Below, piece by piece: positions 12,166 through 24,550 of a stretch of 64,000 nucleotides of DNA. Position 1 is the stretch's first letter. Each line of letters begins with the position of its first letter. The stretch covers positions 4,030,001 through 4,094,000 of the forward strand of contig JAYWIR010000004.1 in the NCBI GenBank assembly GCA_036172245.1, given 5' to 3'. The DNA comes from Raillietiella orientalis. Taxonomy: Eukaryota. Position numbers and translations under genes: made by a program. The notes below the pieces were generated by a model. It saw nothing but the letters and a program-made list of their open reading frames with translations, did no database searches and was not told the origin of the DNA.

Positions 12166-12904
12166 CAGGGATCGCAAACTGGCGGCCCGAGGTCCGGACA
12201 CGGCCCGCGAGATATTGATGATTTTTTTTTTCTTCAAAAAATCGATGTTTCTAGAATCTTGAGGTGGATAAAAAAAAAATCATACTTTTATTTGTTTTGT
12301 GTCAGCTTTAATCAAAGGTGAAACTTACTACTATACTTCTTTGTATTATTTTTCTATTATAAAATGTTGCCAACACTAAATGGAAGTTAGATGTCACGCC
12401 AACATTTTAAGCCACATGATACGATGTCAATAGATTACGCGTTGCCATTGTAATGCCATAATATGTTAATAATAAGTTACCTCAATAATTTATTTATTTA
12501 TTTTTGCCCATAACAGTGTCCACAATACTTCATAGTGCACCACGAAATGAAAAAGCAGATACTGACATGTTAGTACGGAGGAAAAGATGCCAGGTGTCGG
12601 GATCAAATTCAAATTTAAAAAAGGACTCGCAGATTAACATATTTATTTTAGCCAGTCAAAATTATTTATTTTAATGATTTTCTCAAAGCAGGAATAAAAT
12701 GTAATTGAACTAATGTTTTTTAAACTTGTCATAGTTTAAAAATTTAATTGTCGGTGTAACTGTTTACGTAAGCCGTAAAGTCTGGCAATAAAATGGTCTT
12801 TGTAAGAGCATTTCTTTTTCAGTTTACGCTTTGGTCCACAGAATAATATTGAATACGGCCCGCGTCTGATTAAATTTTTGCTGCGTTTGAGTTTGCGATC
12901 CCTG
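12166..12904. mobile_element. Non-autonomous hAT element (MITE, Charlie/Buster-like), 739 bp
   Basis: Perfect 15-bp TIRs cagggatcgcaaact / agtttgcgatccctg, 8-bp TSD ctttagat (12158-12165 and 12905-12912), subterminal cggccc motifs and an AT-rich non-coding interior. Confidence 0.92.
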
Positions 12905-13345
12905 CTTTAGATTCTCACTGTTTCAGTACTTTACATAGAAACAGATAAGACTATAAAAAGACTTCGATACTAGTGGTGAAAAGCCTACAGCTGAGGATCA
13001 AATAAATCACATATAAAAGCCATGCTTCAAGGCTGCCAGCACTTTATTAAAATATTTGTATTTTACTTTCCGTTAGGGCGTGATATTTTTATTAAAAAAA
13101 AGAAATCCTGTAAAACATCTGTTTGAAACTGAAGACAAACATTTTGCTCCAAAAGATGTGTATAAGATCGAGCTTCATAGGTCATCCAAAGACCAAGGAT
13201 CTCATTAAGGTCCTTGGTCACGCATCTTTGGATCATCACGCATGCTTCTCTGGAAGTACTCAAACACACCTAAGAGAGGAATCTTCTTAAAGAGAACGTG
13301 CTGAGCTTACCTTATTAAAATGAAATCTCAATACAAATCACCAAC

Positions 13346-13650
13346 TTTTCCTGGGAGGAAATTTCAGTCAAGAAACGAGCAACACTTGTTCGATAATTAT
13401 TAATTAGTGATCAAACATTCTGTCATCATACAGGACTGTAAAATGATTAATGTGCGCATTTTCTGCATGAATAAACACATTAGATACCATTATTACATCT
13501 GTAGTAATTCATTATTTAGGATAGCTAAACATGAACAAGTAGATGAGTGCCTTCAGGATTTTTGCACATTATTCGCAAGTTCATAAGTAGGTATAATTCA
13601 ATATTAGGAACACGAATGATCAAACAAAACTTTTTTCGTCTTATCTCTCA
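13346..13650 (-). repeat. Right arm of long inverted repeat (partner 9792-10148)
   Basis: Reverse complement of the left arm; ~215 bp of uninterrupted identity in the core. Confidence 0.93.
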
Positions 13651-14329
13651 TATCTGGCATTGAAGAAGTCATTGCAGAAGCGAACCGTGTTAGGAACTTT
13701 CATTCTGCAAGAGACGCGGTGTCCAAAGTTCCATTCTTTATAAAAAACTAGGGAGCTGAAAATTCACTAATTCTGATTAAGTAGGAAAACATTCTCATAA
13801 TTTTTGCATTCGATCTTTTTATTAATTACCCTTTTCTTAAGTCATTATCTTATTCAAGGAATTCCATACCATTCATAGACGAAAATCTCAACTAGATATA
13901 TATAATTCTTGTACTGAAGAATAAATGATGTGTGTGAGTGGGGAGGGCGGGGGGGGGCAGGGAAATCTGATTTGTCCGGCAAGATATCCACAAAGAAAAG
14001 GACAACGGATGATATTTCGAGAAACTGATACTTTCAAAACCTCTGGAAAGTATGGTGAAGACTTGGATTCTTAGTGAATTTACAATATGAACCAAGACTT
14101 CATTGGTTTAAGAGAATGAGAACGAGTCTAGGAGAATGAATCTAAGCAACATCCATGAAAAAAGATCATATGCTTACTAAAAGTGCATGTTTGGTTTGCA
14201 TCTCACTTCTCATTAACTGTACAAATCATATCGATTGAGATCAACATAGCCGTTAAGAATTCATGCTGCCTTCTATTTCAGAGAAAGCACTATATCAAGC
14301 AAAGCACCAGAGCATAGCAGCTGGAGGTA

Positions 14330-16120
14330 GAAAGTGAAGCTGCTGAAGCTTTATCAGAGAACATTCAGCTAGGCGGAGATGAGGATGCTTCTCCACCTGA
14401 GTTCCATTCTCTGTCATCTGAAGAGGTGTCCTACTGGATGAAGAAGGCCGAAAATTCAAGCCCAAGAATCGATGGAATTAGTTACGCCGGTTGCAAAATG
14501 GTTGATCCTAAAGGAGTACCTTTAACGCCAATTTTTAATACATTAACTAAATTTGGCGAAGATACCAGAAGCATGGAAATGTACCAAAACAATATTGCTT
14601 CCGAAGACAGCATTGCTCCATGAACATACGAGATTGGAGGCCTATATCATAGGAAACAGTATATATAGGCTCTTCGCAAAATGCCTCACTGTGAGATTTA
14701 AAGAGTGGATTGTGGAGCAAAGGATCATTTGTCCCCAACAAAAGGGCTTTTCACCCTTTGACGGCGTATTGGAGCAGAGCTTTATCCTCCAGACACGTCT
14801 TGATCATGCCAGAAAGAGGTCTGAGGACCTGGGATTGGTGTTTCTTGACATATCCAATGCATTTGGTACAATCCCGTACCATCTTTTGCTTAATGCAATG
14901 AAGGAAGCTGGGACTGGTAATGAATTTATGAAGACTGTTGAAGATATTTACAAGGACGCCTACACATTTATTCAGCTTGACATGTCAATTACTCGACCTT
15001 TTTTGCTCAATAGGGGTATCGAGCAGGAGGGTCCATTGATCTCTCTTCTGTTCATAATGGCCATGGAATCTGTCCTTCGGACGTTCAGGGAAAGCTACGA
15101 AGAAGAATTCTTCCTTGCCTACTCTGATGACCTTGTCATCCTGGCAGAAACGGAGGAAGAACTGGATAATAGGATGACTCATTTGATTGATCTATTGAGA
15201 ACTGGACTTGCCATCAACCCATCCAAATGGGGGTCTTTCTACCTACATGGGGAAGCACCGAAGGGCATAAAGAACTTGACTCTGAAGACTGGAGGTATGC
15301 TCATTCCGAGCTTTGTCTGAAGCGTACAAGTATCTGGGTAAGGCCTTCGGTCTGGAGATTTTCCATAAGCATCCATCCAAAACGGACATAGTGTTATCCA
15401 CCAGGCTTCGAAGATCCTATTAAGTGGCACCTTGGCAAAAGTTGAATGCACTTAAGGCCTTTTATTTTCCCAGTCTCAGACTGGGAACGCATCCAAAGGG
15501 TGACTGAACTTATCTTGATAAAGAGATTCGACGGATGACGAAAGAGATGATTCATCTGTTCTCTAGAGCGGCCAATGAAGCTGATACGGTTATAGAAAGA
15601 AGGCTGTTTAGGCATGATGAAGCTGTCCAATGAAGCTGATACCTTTATTTCGGATTCTTGTTTTAAGCTCCATACTTCGTCGGATGTTACAGTTAAACAA
15701 CTTGCTATGGATTCTCTCCAGGAGGTGGTTTGGAAGAAAATTCTTTCTTCACCAACAGACGCGGATCTTGCAAAATATCTTTCAGCGGAAACTGATGGAA
15801 AATTTCAGCGAGATGGTGGTGATGTCAGAAGTCTATGGACGGTGGGAAGACAGGCCTCAAGAAGGCTGTCTGCATCTTGGGAATGGGTTGATGGTGACCC
15901 TAAGATCTGCATCCCGGAAGTGGTTATTGATTCTACCCACAGGAAGAAGGTTGCTTCGACAATTCGGAGTCTCCAGCGGGAATCAGCATGGCTTTCCCTA
16001 ATTAACAAGCACCCTGACCAAGGGAACGCTATGAGGTGCGTTGGTCTCCATGAAGTCTCCAGTTTCTTTCTGACTAGTGGCGACTATTTGCATTTCGCAG
16101 ATTTTCGTTTTATCCACGCG
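14330..16120 (+). mobile_element. Decayed RLE-type non-LTR retrotransposon (NeSL/Utopia-like), copy 1; RT region, truncated before the zinc knuckle and endonuclease
   Basis: RT motifs ENSSPRIDGISY, QKGF, FLDISNAFGTIP, GIEQEGPLISLLF, LAYSDDL, GLAINPSK; downstream KHPDQG...SGDYLHFADFRFIHA resembles the NeSL/Utopia motif. Several frameshifts and stops. Confidence 0.88.
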
Positions 16121-16147
16121 ATGTTAGCTAAAAGGCCCAGAGCATAT
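16120..16147 (-). other. Possible degenerate U2 snRNA 5'-end fragment at the break point of retroelement copy 1
   Basis: Minus strand ATATGCTCTGGGCCTTTTAGCTAACATC versus metazoan U2 ATCGCTTCTCGGCCTTTTGGCTAAGATC (21/28 ungapped). Confidence 0.4.
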
Positions 16148-19100
16148 AGTACTCCAAACAGCAGCTCCATTCACATCAGTATCTCAGGAGATATGCTCGA
16201 TTTGCGCCTTTAATTAGCTCAACTGCAAGTTACAAAGTCTTAATGCCGAGTTAGCATACTTCCCGATTTTCCACCTTATGAGAGCGTAATAAAAAATTCA
16301 TACCGGCAACCCTTAGACTCTACTTTCAGATCTCTGAATTCCTGCAGCACACTATGAAAGTGCATCAAAATCATTTAACTCCAATGCCAAAATAGCAAAA
16401 CAAACTTCTGAGTTTTGTTCAATGATCATTACTACATCTTGACGGAAAAATAGTTCGATCAGATAATGAGCTGTCTTAGTATCTTTTCTCAAATATTATT
16501 AACTGTAATTAAAGAAAATCGCTGGAAAAGACCTGGCAGAATTGCCGTTAAAGTCTTGTAATCATCCGAAACTTAAAGGAAACGTATTGGACTTGGCAAT
16601 TTTTCCCGCCTTTTCGGTGCACTTACTGGAAACCCTTCTTTATGTAACTGATGTGCATGTTCTCATAGAAGAGTCCATAAAACGTGCTTTGGTTTCTATG
16701 ACATCAGGAAGACAACGAGAACAGTCTTTTAAATTCCTTGGTGAAAATGTTCCATATCTGGTGCTCATTAGAGTCCAAACTGCCCGTGCATTGTATTCTT
16801 TTCCGAGATAATCATGTCAGTCCTGACTTTTTTTTTTTTTTATTTGCATTAAGAACATGTCTTAAAGAGTTCCACGAGTTTTGCTTTGAGAATAAATGAG
16901 TGAGTGATTTATCCAAAATTCAGTACCGTTTTTACTCGTGCAATTCGAGATCTCGTCTGTGAACTTTCACAGTTGTCTACAATTATTTGGAAAGCATCGC
17001 AAACCAAAAGCAACCTTTTTCATAACAGAAGAAAACTATTCCTTTTGAATACAGTGATTACCGGAGGCAGCTACTTCTCTAATTAGGGCAGGGTTCCCTT
17101 ATTTTGAATAAGGTTGACTGTAGTTCACCACCTTTACATCAAAATATTCGATGCGCAATCCTTTCAAAAATGTGTGCAAAAATTTCAAGCTATCGAGGGA
17201 AAAATGGAGTCTTGTTCTATAAAGTTGAGCATTTAGCATGAAACTAATCGGATTCTTCAAATCTTGCTCACTTCCTTTTCATGAGCAAAGTATTTCGACC
17301 TCAGTGTCTAATATGGTCTCGAAATTTGCTCTAAAAATTCGTGATTTCTGCTTCCACCTCTAAATCTAAATTAATCGAGTCGGTAGTCGAGGTTCAGTAA
17401 ACGATTGAACATGCATTTAATATGCCAAATTCTGATGAAGTCCTGGTGCTGTTTCTTCTTCTTACTCTTCTTTATACTAATAGTACTAGTTCTCCCGCTA
17501 AAATAATTTCTGGTTGAAAACATAAGGATTGCAAAGAATCCCTAGCATAGAGAGATTTTGCTCTCATTTATGAGATTTGTGAGATATACGCTTTCAGAAT
17601 TCAAACTGACATTCGCTTTCAGCTGCTGCTTACAACGAAGTAACAGTAGCAGATGAAAATTGTTTGAGACTTGAAGCTTATTTTCAATCATGATGAATTC
17701 AGTCTGATGGTTCCTTATCTGATAAGCTCGTGTATTGCGAAACTGTTGATCTTTGCCTATAACAACATGTGGGCAAACGGAGAAACAGCCTCGTAAAATC
17801 TGGTTTCTTATTGCAGTTCTCGAATGAACCGATTGTTTCGACGGTGGTCACTTAAGAACCAATGGTTCCCATAATGTGCGTTCATGAGCCTCAGTTTTGA
17901 GCGTGCATTCTTTCTTTTCTACGAGATGGAATGGAATGCAGATCATAGCAGAGGTTTTTCCATATGGCAATCCTCTTCACGTTGTCCTTCGCATCTATTT
18001 ATTGTATTTGAAAAGTAAAGAAGAGTTGACTCGTGCACTCCACACATTTATTTGCTGTAACGTCCCAGGCATGTATCGAGAATTATTAAAGCAAAAGACA
18101 TTGAGCTGTGGAAAGATCAAAACATCAGCATACATCTTGACTAACAGCTGCGCATGCTCATTCTAACGGTCGAACAACAGGAAAGAAAGAAATTTAATTG
18201 CTATTTAAGATTGCTATTTGGTCTTATAAAAACAGGAAATGAAACTTCTAGTCAACAATACTCGTTGATTGCCTACTATATGTCCCCATTAACTATTACG
18301 TATAGGCTCCCCCATTCGAATGGGTTAGTAATTCTAATCGTCATCGTACTCCAGTTTGCTGTGCAATCTGAACTGTTTAGAGATTTGCAAGTGCTTGTAA
18401 ATCTCTCAACAGCTTGAATGACTAAGAGATTTAATTATTCTAACTGACATTCGAAAAAAGGGTCTATTCTCCGAATTTTTTTCATGAAAATTTGATTTCG
18501 TTCTTTATGGGTTATCGAATTAAACCGGACATATGGTTGTTGTGACTGGCAATTGAGCTTCCGAAGAACAAGCCAGCAATCTTCAGTCCCAGCTCATTTG
18601 TATTTTTAATTAGAATTAATTTCTTCAAATCTAGCAATTTAGTAAGAGCAACAAATGGCTCCTTCACAGGTTGTTTTCACATATGTCCGCTTTTTCTCTG
18701 AAAGTATTTTTTGCTGACGAACCCTGGTCCACCTTCAACTTTCATCCTCTGATAATTAACCCGTGTACTTTTTATATTGCAAAGAAAGTTGACTTGTTAT
18801 GCATGGGAACGGAAGATACATTAGCCACTAACCTATTCAAAACCGTTTTTTTTAAAAAAAAACTTGTGCATCATCGTCCAGCAAGGTAAGAGCTGTGTTG
18901 CTGGTCCGTAAAAAAAGAAAAAAAACAACAACGGCTGCACCAAATCATTTCCATGAATTAACAGCGACCCGGTTACCTTGTACAAAAAGCTATACATTTA
19001 CCTTTTACGTTTCAAAAGGTTTGCAAAGTAGGTAGTAATGGACATAGCGGTTGAGTGCGCTCCAATGGTGCCAGCTTCAATCAGCAGCTGGTGAGGCTGT

Positions 19101-22100
19101 TCGGACAACGGATGAGGTGAAGGTAAGGCAGAAGCATTCGTTTTGTAGGAAAGGCATAAGTAAAAAAGTATCAGTATGATAACTTGCAGAATGCTCTGTT
19201 GCTACTAAATGTTGCTTGTTTTTCTCGTGTTAATTTGATGTTAGTAATTGAAGACAACCAATCCATTTTTATAGGTCTGAAAATTTGCAAAAGCTTCCGA
19301 ACGGCAATGTTCTATGTGTATACATGTTATGTATATGGCAACTTCGTGCATTTTGGAGAAGAAGGAACCATTAAAAACTATTAATAATGGATCACGATTT
19401 AATAGAATTCTGTCGTATGGCTCATCCCGGACAACATCCTGTATGTCGGCTTGGTTTCTTAGATTTAATGGAGTATTGTAAGAAGATGTGTGTGCATGTG
19501 GTTTAATATGTCAGTTCCATTATTTTATGTGATATCTATTTATGCGTTAATGATTGGATAGAGTGCATCTCGTTGCTAAATTTTTACGATCAAGCTCCAT
19601 TTTTGTGTACGTTTTTGTAAAGAAATAATTTTTCTTAAATGTAAGTGTTCTCCCATTAACTTGAAGTTATACTGGTCCAGTTCTTTTGTGTAGAGATTGA
19701 CTTGTAAAGACGTCAGTTTAATTACTAGGATTTTTTATATTTGGCTTCCTTCATTTTGAAATGTAGTGGTCTTTCAGTTCATAGTATCACGAGGTTTTCT
19801 TTGTGAAAGAATTGTTTTGATGTATGTTTTATTGATCCAGATTTTTTAAAACAAAATTGACAGATTATTCAAGTCTCCATGAATTTTTTATAATCACAAG
19901 GCAGTTAAAAGATTGAATACCCTGATATTATTTAATGTAGCTTTGTATTTAAAATGTGTATAAACTAATGCTTACTTTTTAAGCACATACTTTATCAGAT
20001 TTTTTGTTGACTGAGTGTGGCTAATAAACTGAAATTTTGAAATCTTATCTCTACCATAGCTTGAAATAAGAGGGTGATGACATGTAATGATATAAGAAAG
20101 TAAAATAAATCTAAAAATTTTATCTGGCTTGTAAAGGAAAAAAGATTGTCTTCAGTTGTCAAAAGCTCTTCCAGTATCTGAATTCTGATTTGGTTGATTC
20201 AAGACAAAATTGGTTGTGTGTAATCGCCTGTTCTGCTACAAGAAAAAAACATTATTCAGTGGTTTTATAACCTGATAGACTGCTGTACATATAAACATAT
20301 TCTGTTGACAATTCACAAAATGTTAAAATTAGCTGTAAAGAGAAATATAACAAAGGAAGTCAAACTCATTTGTTTTTGTCAAATTAATCAAGATGTTTTT
20401 TAAAGTAGACAGCATATATCAATTGTAGTTCGATTTTCATGCACAATAAAAATAAGCACTTCATTTAGTCTGATGTGGCATAATTATGTGATGCTCACTT
20501 ATGAATTTAGACTTGCAAGAAAGCTTTCACCACGTGCATTATTGATATGTAGAATTTATTCATGATATGAAAACGCACTGGTGTTTGTATTACTTTAAGA
20601 CCTTATTTGACTTGTTTGTTTTCGTATGCATGTATTGCGGAGAATTTAGAGATCTGAAAGTTAATAAAAAATATTTTGAATGCAATGGATTTTTTAAAAT
20701 GTAAACAACTTTAGTTCATATGAATCACATGGATGTTCATTGTAGATTGTAGATAAACTACAATGAACAAACTACAATGAATCAATTTCCAACAGAAATA
20801 TGAATAGTATAAGAATCAAACATCTGTATTTGAATTTAATTCTACAAGATTCTGAGAGCGAAGATTTATCGCAGAAATTGATTAAGTCCCATGATAAGCA
20901 GAATAACTGAGTGGCTGTTCCAATAAGGCACAAATGTTAATGCATACACCCCTTGAAATTCAGTTTCAATTTCAGCTAATCTGTTATATACCCCATCACG
21001 TGATGGGGTTTTCGAAGCTTTTTGATAGAGGGGTTTTCCAGATGCATGAGGTGCAAACCATGACAGGGTGACTCTCGGTGGCTATGCCCTCATGAGATTT
21101 TCTTGACGATTCCTATTTTCTCACAGTCCAGTGTGTTGTCATGAGCAGATTCTAAATGCACGAAATGGTTAGCCAAGGAGACCGATTGCCAACGAGGCCG
21201 TTTTTTTTTTTTTTTTTTTTTTTTACCAAGCATGCCGAAATCTCGAATGGAAATTTGTTTCCCATCTGACGTTTTTCTTGTGTCGTTACGTAATTTTCCT
21301 TTCCTGTGATAACCATAATTTGACCGTGAAAATTCTGTGCAATGAACCTTTACACTACGAGATGGTAAGGTCGGGGATAAATAGGAGTTTTTGATGCCAT
21401 GTGCTTGATTGAGGGAATGGATGGGTGCACATTTCTCCGATCCCCCCGCCTGTGTTGATACTTTTCCTGTAAATCTTGTAACATTGCTTTTTTTTTTTTT
21501 TTGTATTAGCATGTTACATCGGAGCCGTTTAATTATTCCACATATCTAATGCATTTGATGTATGCTACATTTAGTGCGTACTGTAAGGCGTAATTGTACA
21601 TTCTGAATGTTTTTTTTTTCTTCTTCTTTCAGTAGTGGTTGTGAATTCAGTGTTTTAAATCATACAGTGTTAAAAAAAATATCGGGAGCAAATTATTATC
21701 GATTTACTCCAAACTTGAGTAATACGAGTGAGCGGTCACAGCTGACTTGCCCTCCGTATGCCTTTGACAGGGGTGCATCTGTACGGTGGAATCGAACGGC
21801 ACGACGACGATCTCTGAGAAACTGGGATGTACATTTTTCGAGAGTCGCCTGCTGTTGCAATTGTGTGAAATTTTTCGAAGGAAATTTCGTGCAAAGAGGA
21901 AAAAGTCCGTTTCGGTAGGGGGTGGGAAAAAAAAAAAAATTTTTTTTTCTCTCCTCTACACGGAAATAGAATTCCAAGGTGTCTTACTGAGTGGACGTTC
22001 CAAATGATAATTTTGCATGAGTTAGTAGTAACTGCTATTCTTACGTAATTCTTATTGTAATGATCTTGCATAATGCACCTCAGGGTGGATGGTGAGTGAT

Positions 22101-24149
22101 CCCCAAAGTGATCCCCGTTTGCTGACCTAAAGAGTCTCTTGCCAGCCTGGAACGTACTTTTGTAAATATCCTTCCACGAATACAATATCGTTTTCAGAAA
22201 ACGGTTGGGTTCTATTATTCTGTCCTGTTTTGTTTCTAAATTATTCAGTGCTTAATAAAACGTATCAAGCACTGTGCCTGAAGAATTGTAACTGATGCTG
22301 GGATATCTGCAGTCTTAAGCAAAATTACTTAAGTAATTCAAATATCGTCGAAGACGTGAGTCTTTGCTAAGGAAATTGAAACCCTCCTTTGAGTTTGAAC
22401 TTATCGTCTAATTTGTTGTGCATTTAGAGTAATGGTTTATTTTCGAAGCTTCTTTTCAAGTAAGAATTTCAAGCGGCGAAATATCCGCAGGTAAACATTT
22501 GCTCAGATGTTCTGAGCAGGTCATAAAATTGCAGATTGCTCCACCGAGGGAAAAATTCGGCAAAAACGATTTGTTCTTTCTGGTGCACAGATAAAGTATA
22601 TATCAGCGTTACTCTTCTTGTCCAAGGTATTCCTACGCGTAATTGAGTAATACGAATTCTTACAGTGTGTGATGGTATTCCATTGCATGGTGCGTTGTCC
22701 GGGTGTAATCTGATATCAAAGCTGTACAGGTAACTCTGATGATGGGCATTGCGAGTTGTGTTTCGGTCCGTGTTCTTGAATTTATTCCCGGTTCCCATTT
22801 TTCACTTAAAGGACGGTAAACCTCAGAGCACGCAGTATTTGATGAGTATCTCGGTCAGTGGGCAACCCTTCCGTGTCTCTACTTAGTTTACGACGCTTCC
22901 GCTTTCGAGTTCTTGCGAGTGTTTCGCTGGAGTTTCTTCATGTAATTTTCTTTTGTGAGTCGATTCGGTTTCAGGTTCGGGTGCTTTGCTGTGCTCTTGC
23001 TATGAAATCGGATGTTTTGATACGCTAGTGTGCCGACAGCACCAGAAAGCCTGAAGCTGGTTGCAACTTCAAACAGCACAAGATGCTGCTCCTTTCTTTT
23101 TGAGCTTGCGATTTCATTAGTGAAGCCAGCGACTCCGAAACACTCTCTGTTTAATTTGCAATCACATTCTCATCTGTGGGTGTGCCTGTTGATTGCCGGA
23201 AAGCATGTTAAATGGCAGTCTCTTACTGAGGAAGAGATTTGGTAACTGAAAGCCTTTTCTTGAAATTGGGACCCATAAAATGAATTTTGATTAATGTACG
23301 TTGGTTTACAAGCAGCATTTTGTGGGTGTAGATGAACTTGAAACTGCTAAACATTTACGAGTACAAATCGCTTCCAGGAATTAAACACTACGTCGCCGTC
23401 TGCAAATTTCATGTTTTTCTTAGCCGAGGGCATTCAATGTGTGCACTCTCTCTGTGAGGAAAGTGACTTTCCTGACTCTTCCGGTACGCTTTGCGATATT
23501 CAGTCAAACTTGTTTTTTTCTTTGTCACTGAAAATTATGGCTTTTAAGCGATGTGAGATGTATTGCATTCCTCGTCGGAAGTTAAGCTGTTTTGTGATTG
23601 CTGCTTTGCAGCGTCTTTTGTCTTTGCAAATGGAAAGTTTTCCAAAACTTCAAATCAGTTTCATGGATTGCCGGAAAATTAGTGCTTCCAACCTGGGGTT
23701 GGCCAGCTGGGCGTCAATTTTTTTGTTTTTAGATCTTTTCCAGTCATCTGATACTTGTGTACATGCTTTTGTCTGTTCTCAGACGGATCACTCCATTTTC
23801 ACCCTCACAAGCTGTTCCTATCAGAAAGGATGTACTCCCTTCGCTGTAAAAGTGTCATTACTCCGTTTCATGAATCAAAAGTATTCCTCGCGGATGGGCT
23901 TTTTACAATTTGGTGTGGGAACATTCCAGTTGTTCACGGGAATGAGCTGTTTTTCTTACCGTGGTAAGGAGCTCGACCCTAGCCACACTACCTCTCTCTG
24001 TGTGCTTGTGCAATCCGTGCGTTCCGCGTGGATTCATCAATGAACAGAACGATCTCAATGGAAAGGGCATTACGGATTGAATCAACTTCTTTTCCAATTG
24101 CCCTGAAAAGCCCAGCAGTTTCGTGCCCTCTCCCGTTTTTCTAGCCTGC

Positions 24150-24550
24150 GAATTGGGGTGCTTGCCACTTTACGAGTGATGTGGGTTTGAAGGGAGCAAA
24201 CACTGTCCCCCAGTGTTGCACAAGAGTTGATTTGTCACACTTGGAACGCAGCCTTACTGTGAAGAAGTGTACTCGGGAGCAATGCTTTGTAAAGCTGTCA
24301 GTCGTAACGATTCAAGATGCCATGGGGGCAAGTTTTATTTTCGCGAGAGGTATCCGAATGCGGGAATGAAGTGCATACGAACCTTATTTGCCGAAGGTAT
24401 CCTTATTATCTATAGTGGTTCGTGTAAGCGGATGCTCTCTCGGGACTTGTATCAGAGCTTCGATAGGAGAGATTAACTTCTTGAAGATGCTGAAATTCGG
24501 ACTAGACAAGTCCAGAATCGGTCTTTCACTTACAAAGTACAAGTTGCACG
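24150..24550 (+). mobile_element. Possible ancient LINE reverse-transcriptase relic
   Basis: Degenerate motifs in the expected order across frames: VPQ, RTLFAEGILII (cf. LLFADDIVL), LKFGLDKSRI (cf. GL.IN..KT). Confidence 0.28.

Noticed and set aside
17897..18310. STRWNG and AYYMSP as hAT transposase remnants
   Set aside because: Too short and degenerate; no TIRs or other motifs found.
21696..21870. Minus-strand peptide RRAVR...SKAYGG resembling ribosomal protein L34
   Set aside because: Only two short words match, the spacing is wrong and the rest of eL34 is absent; likely chance.
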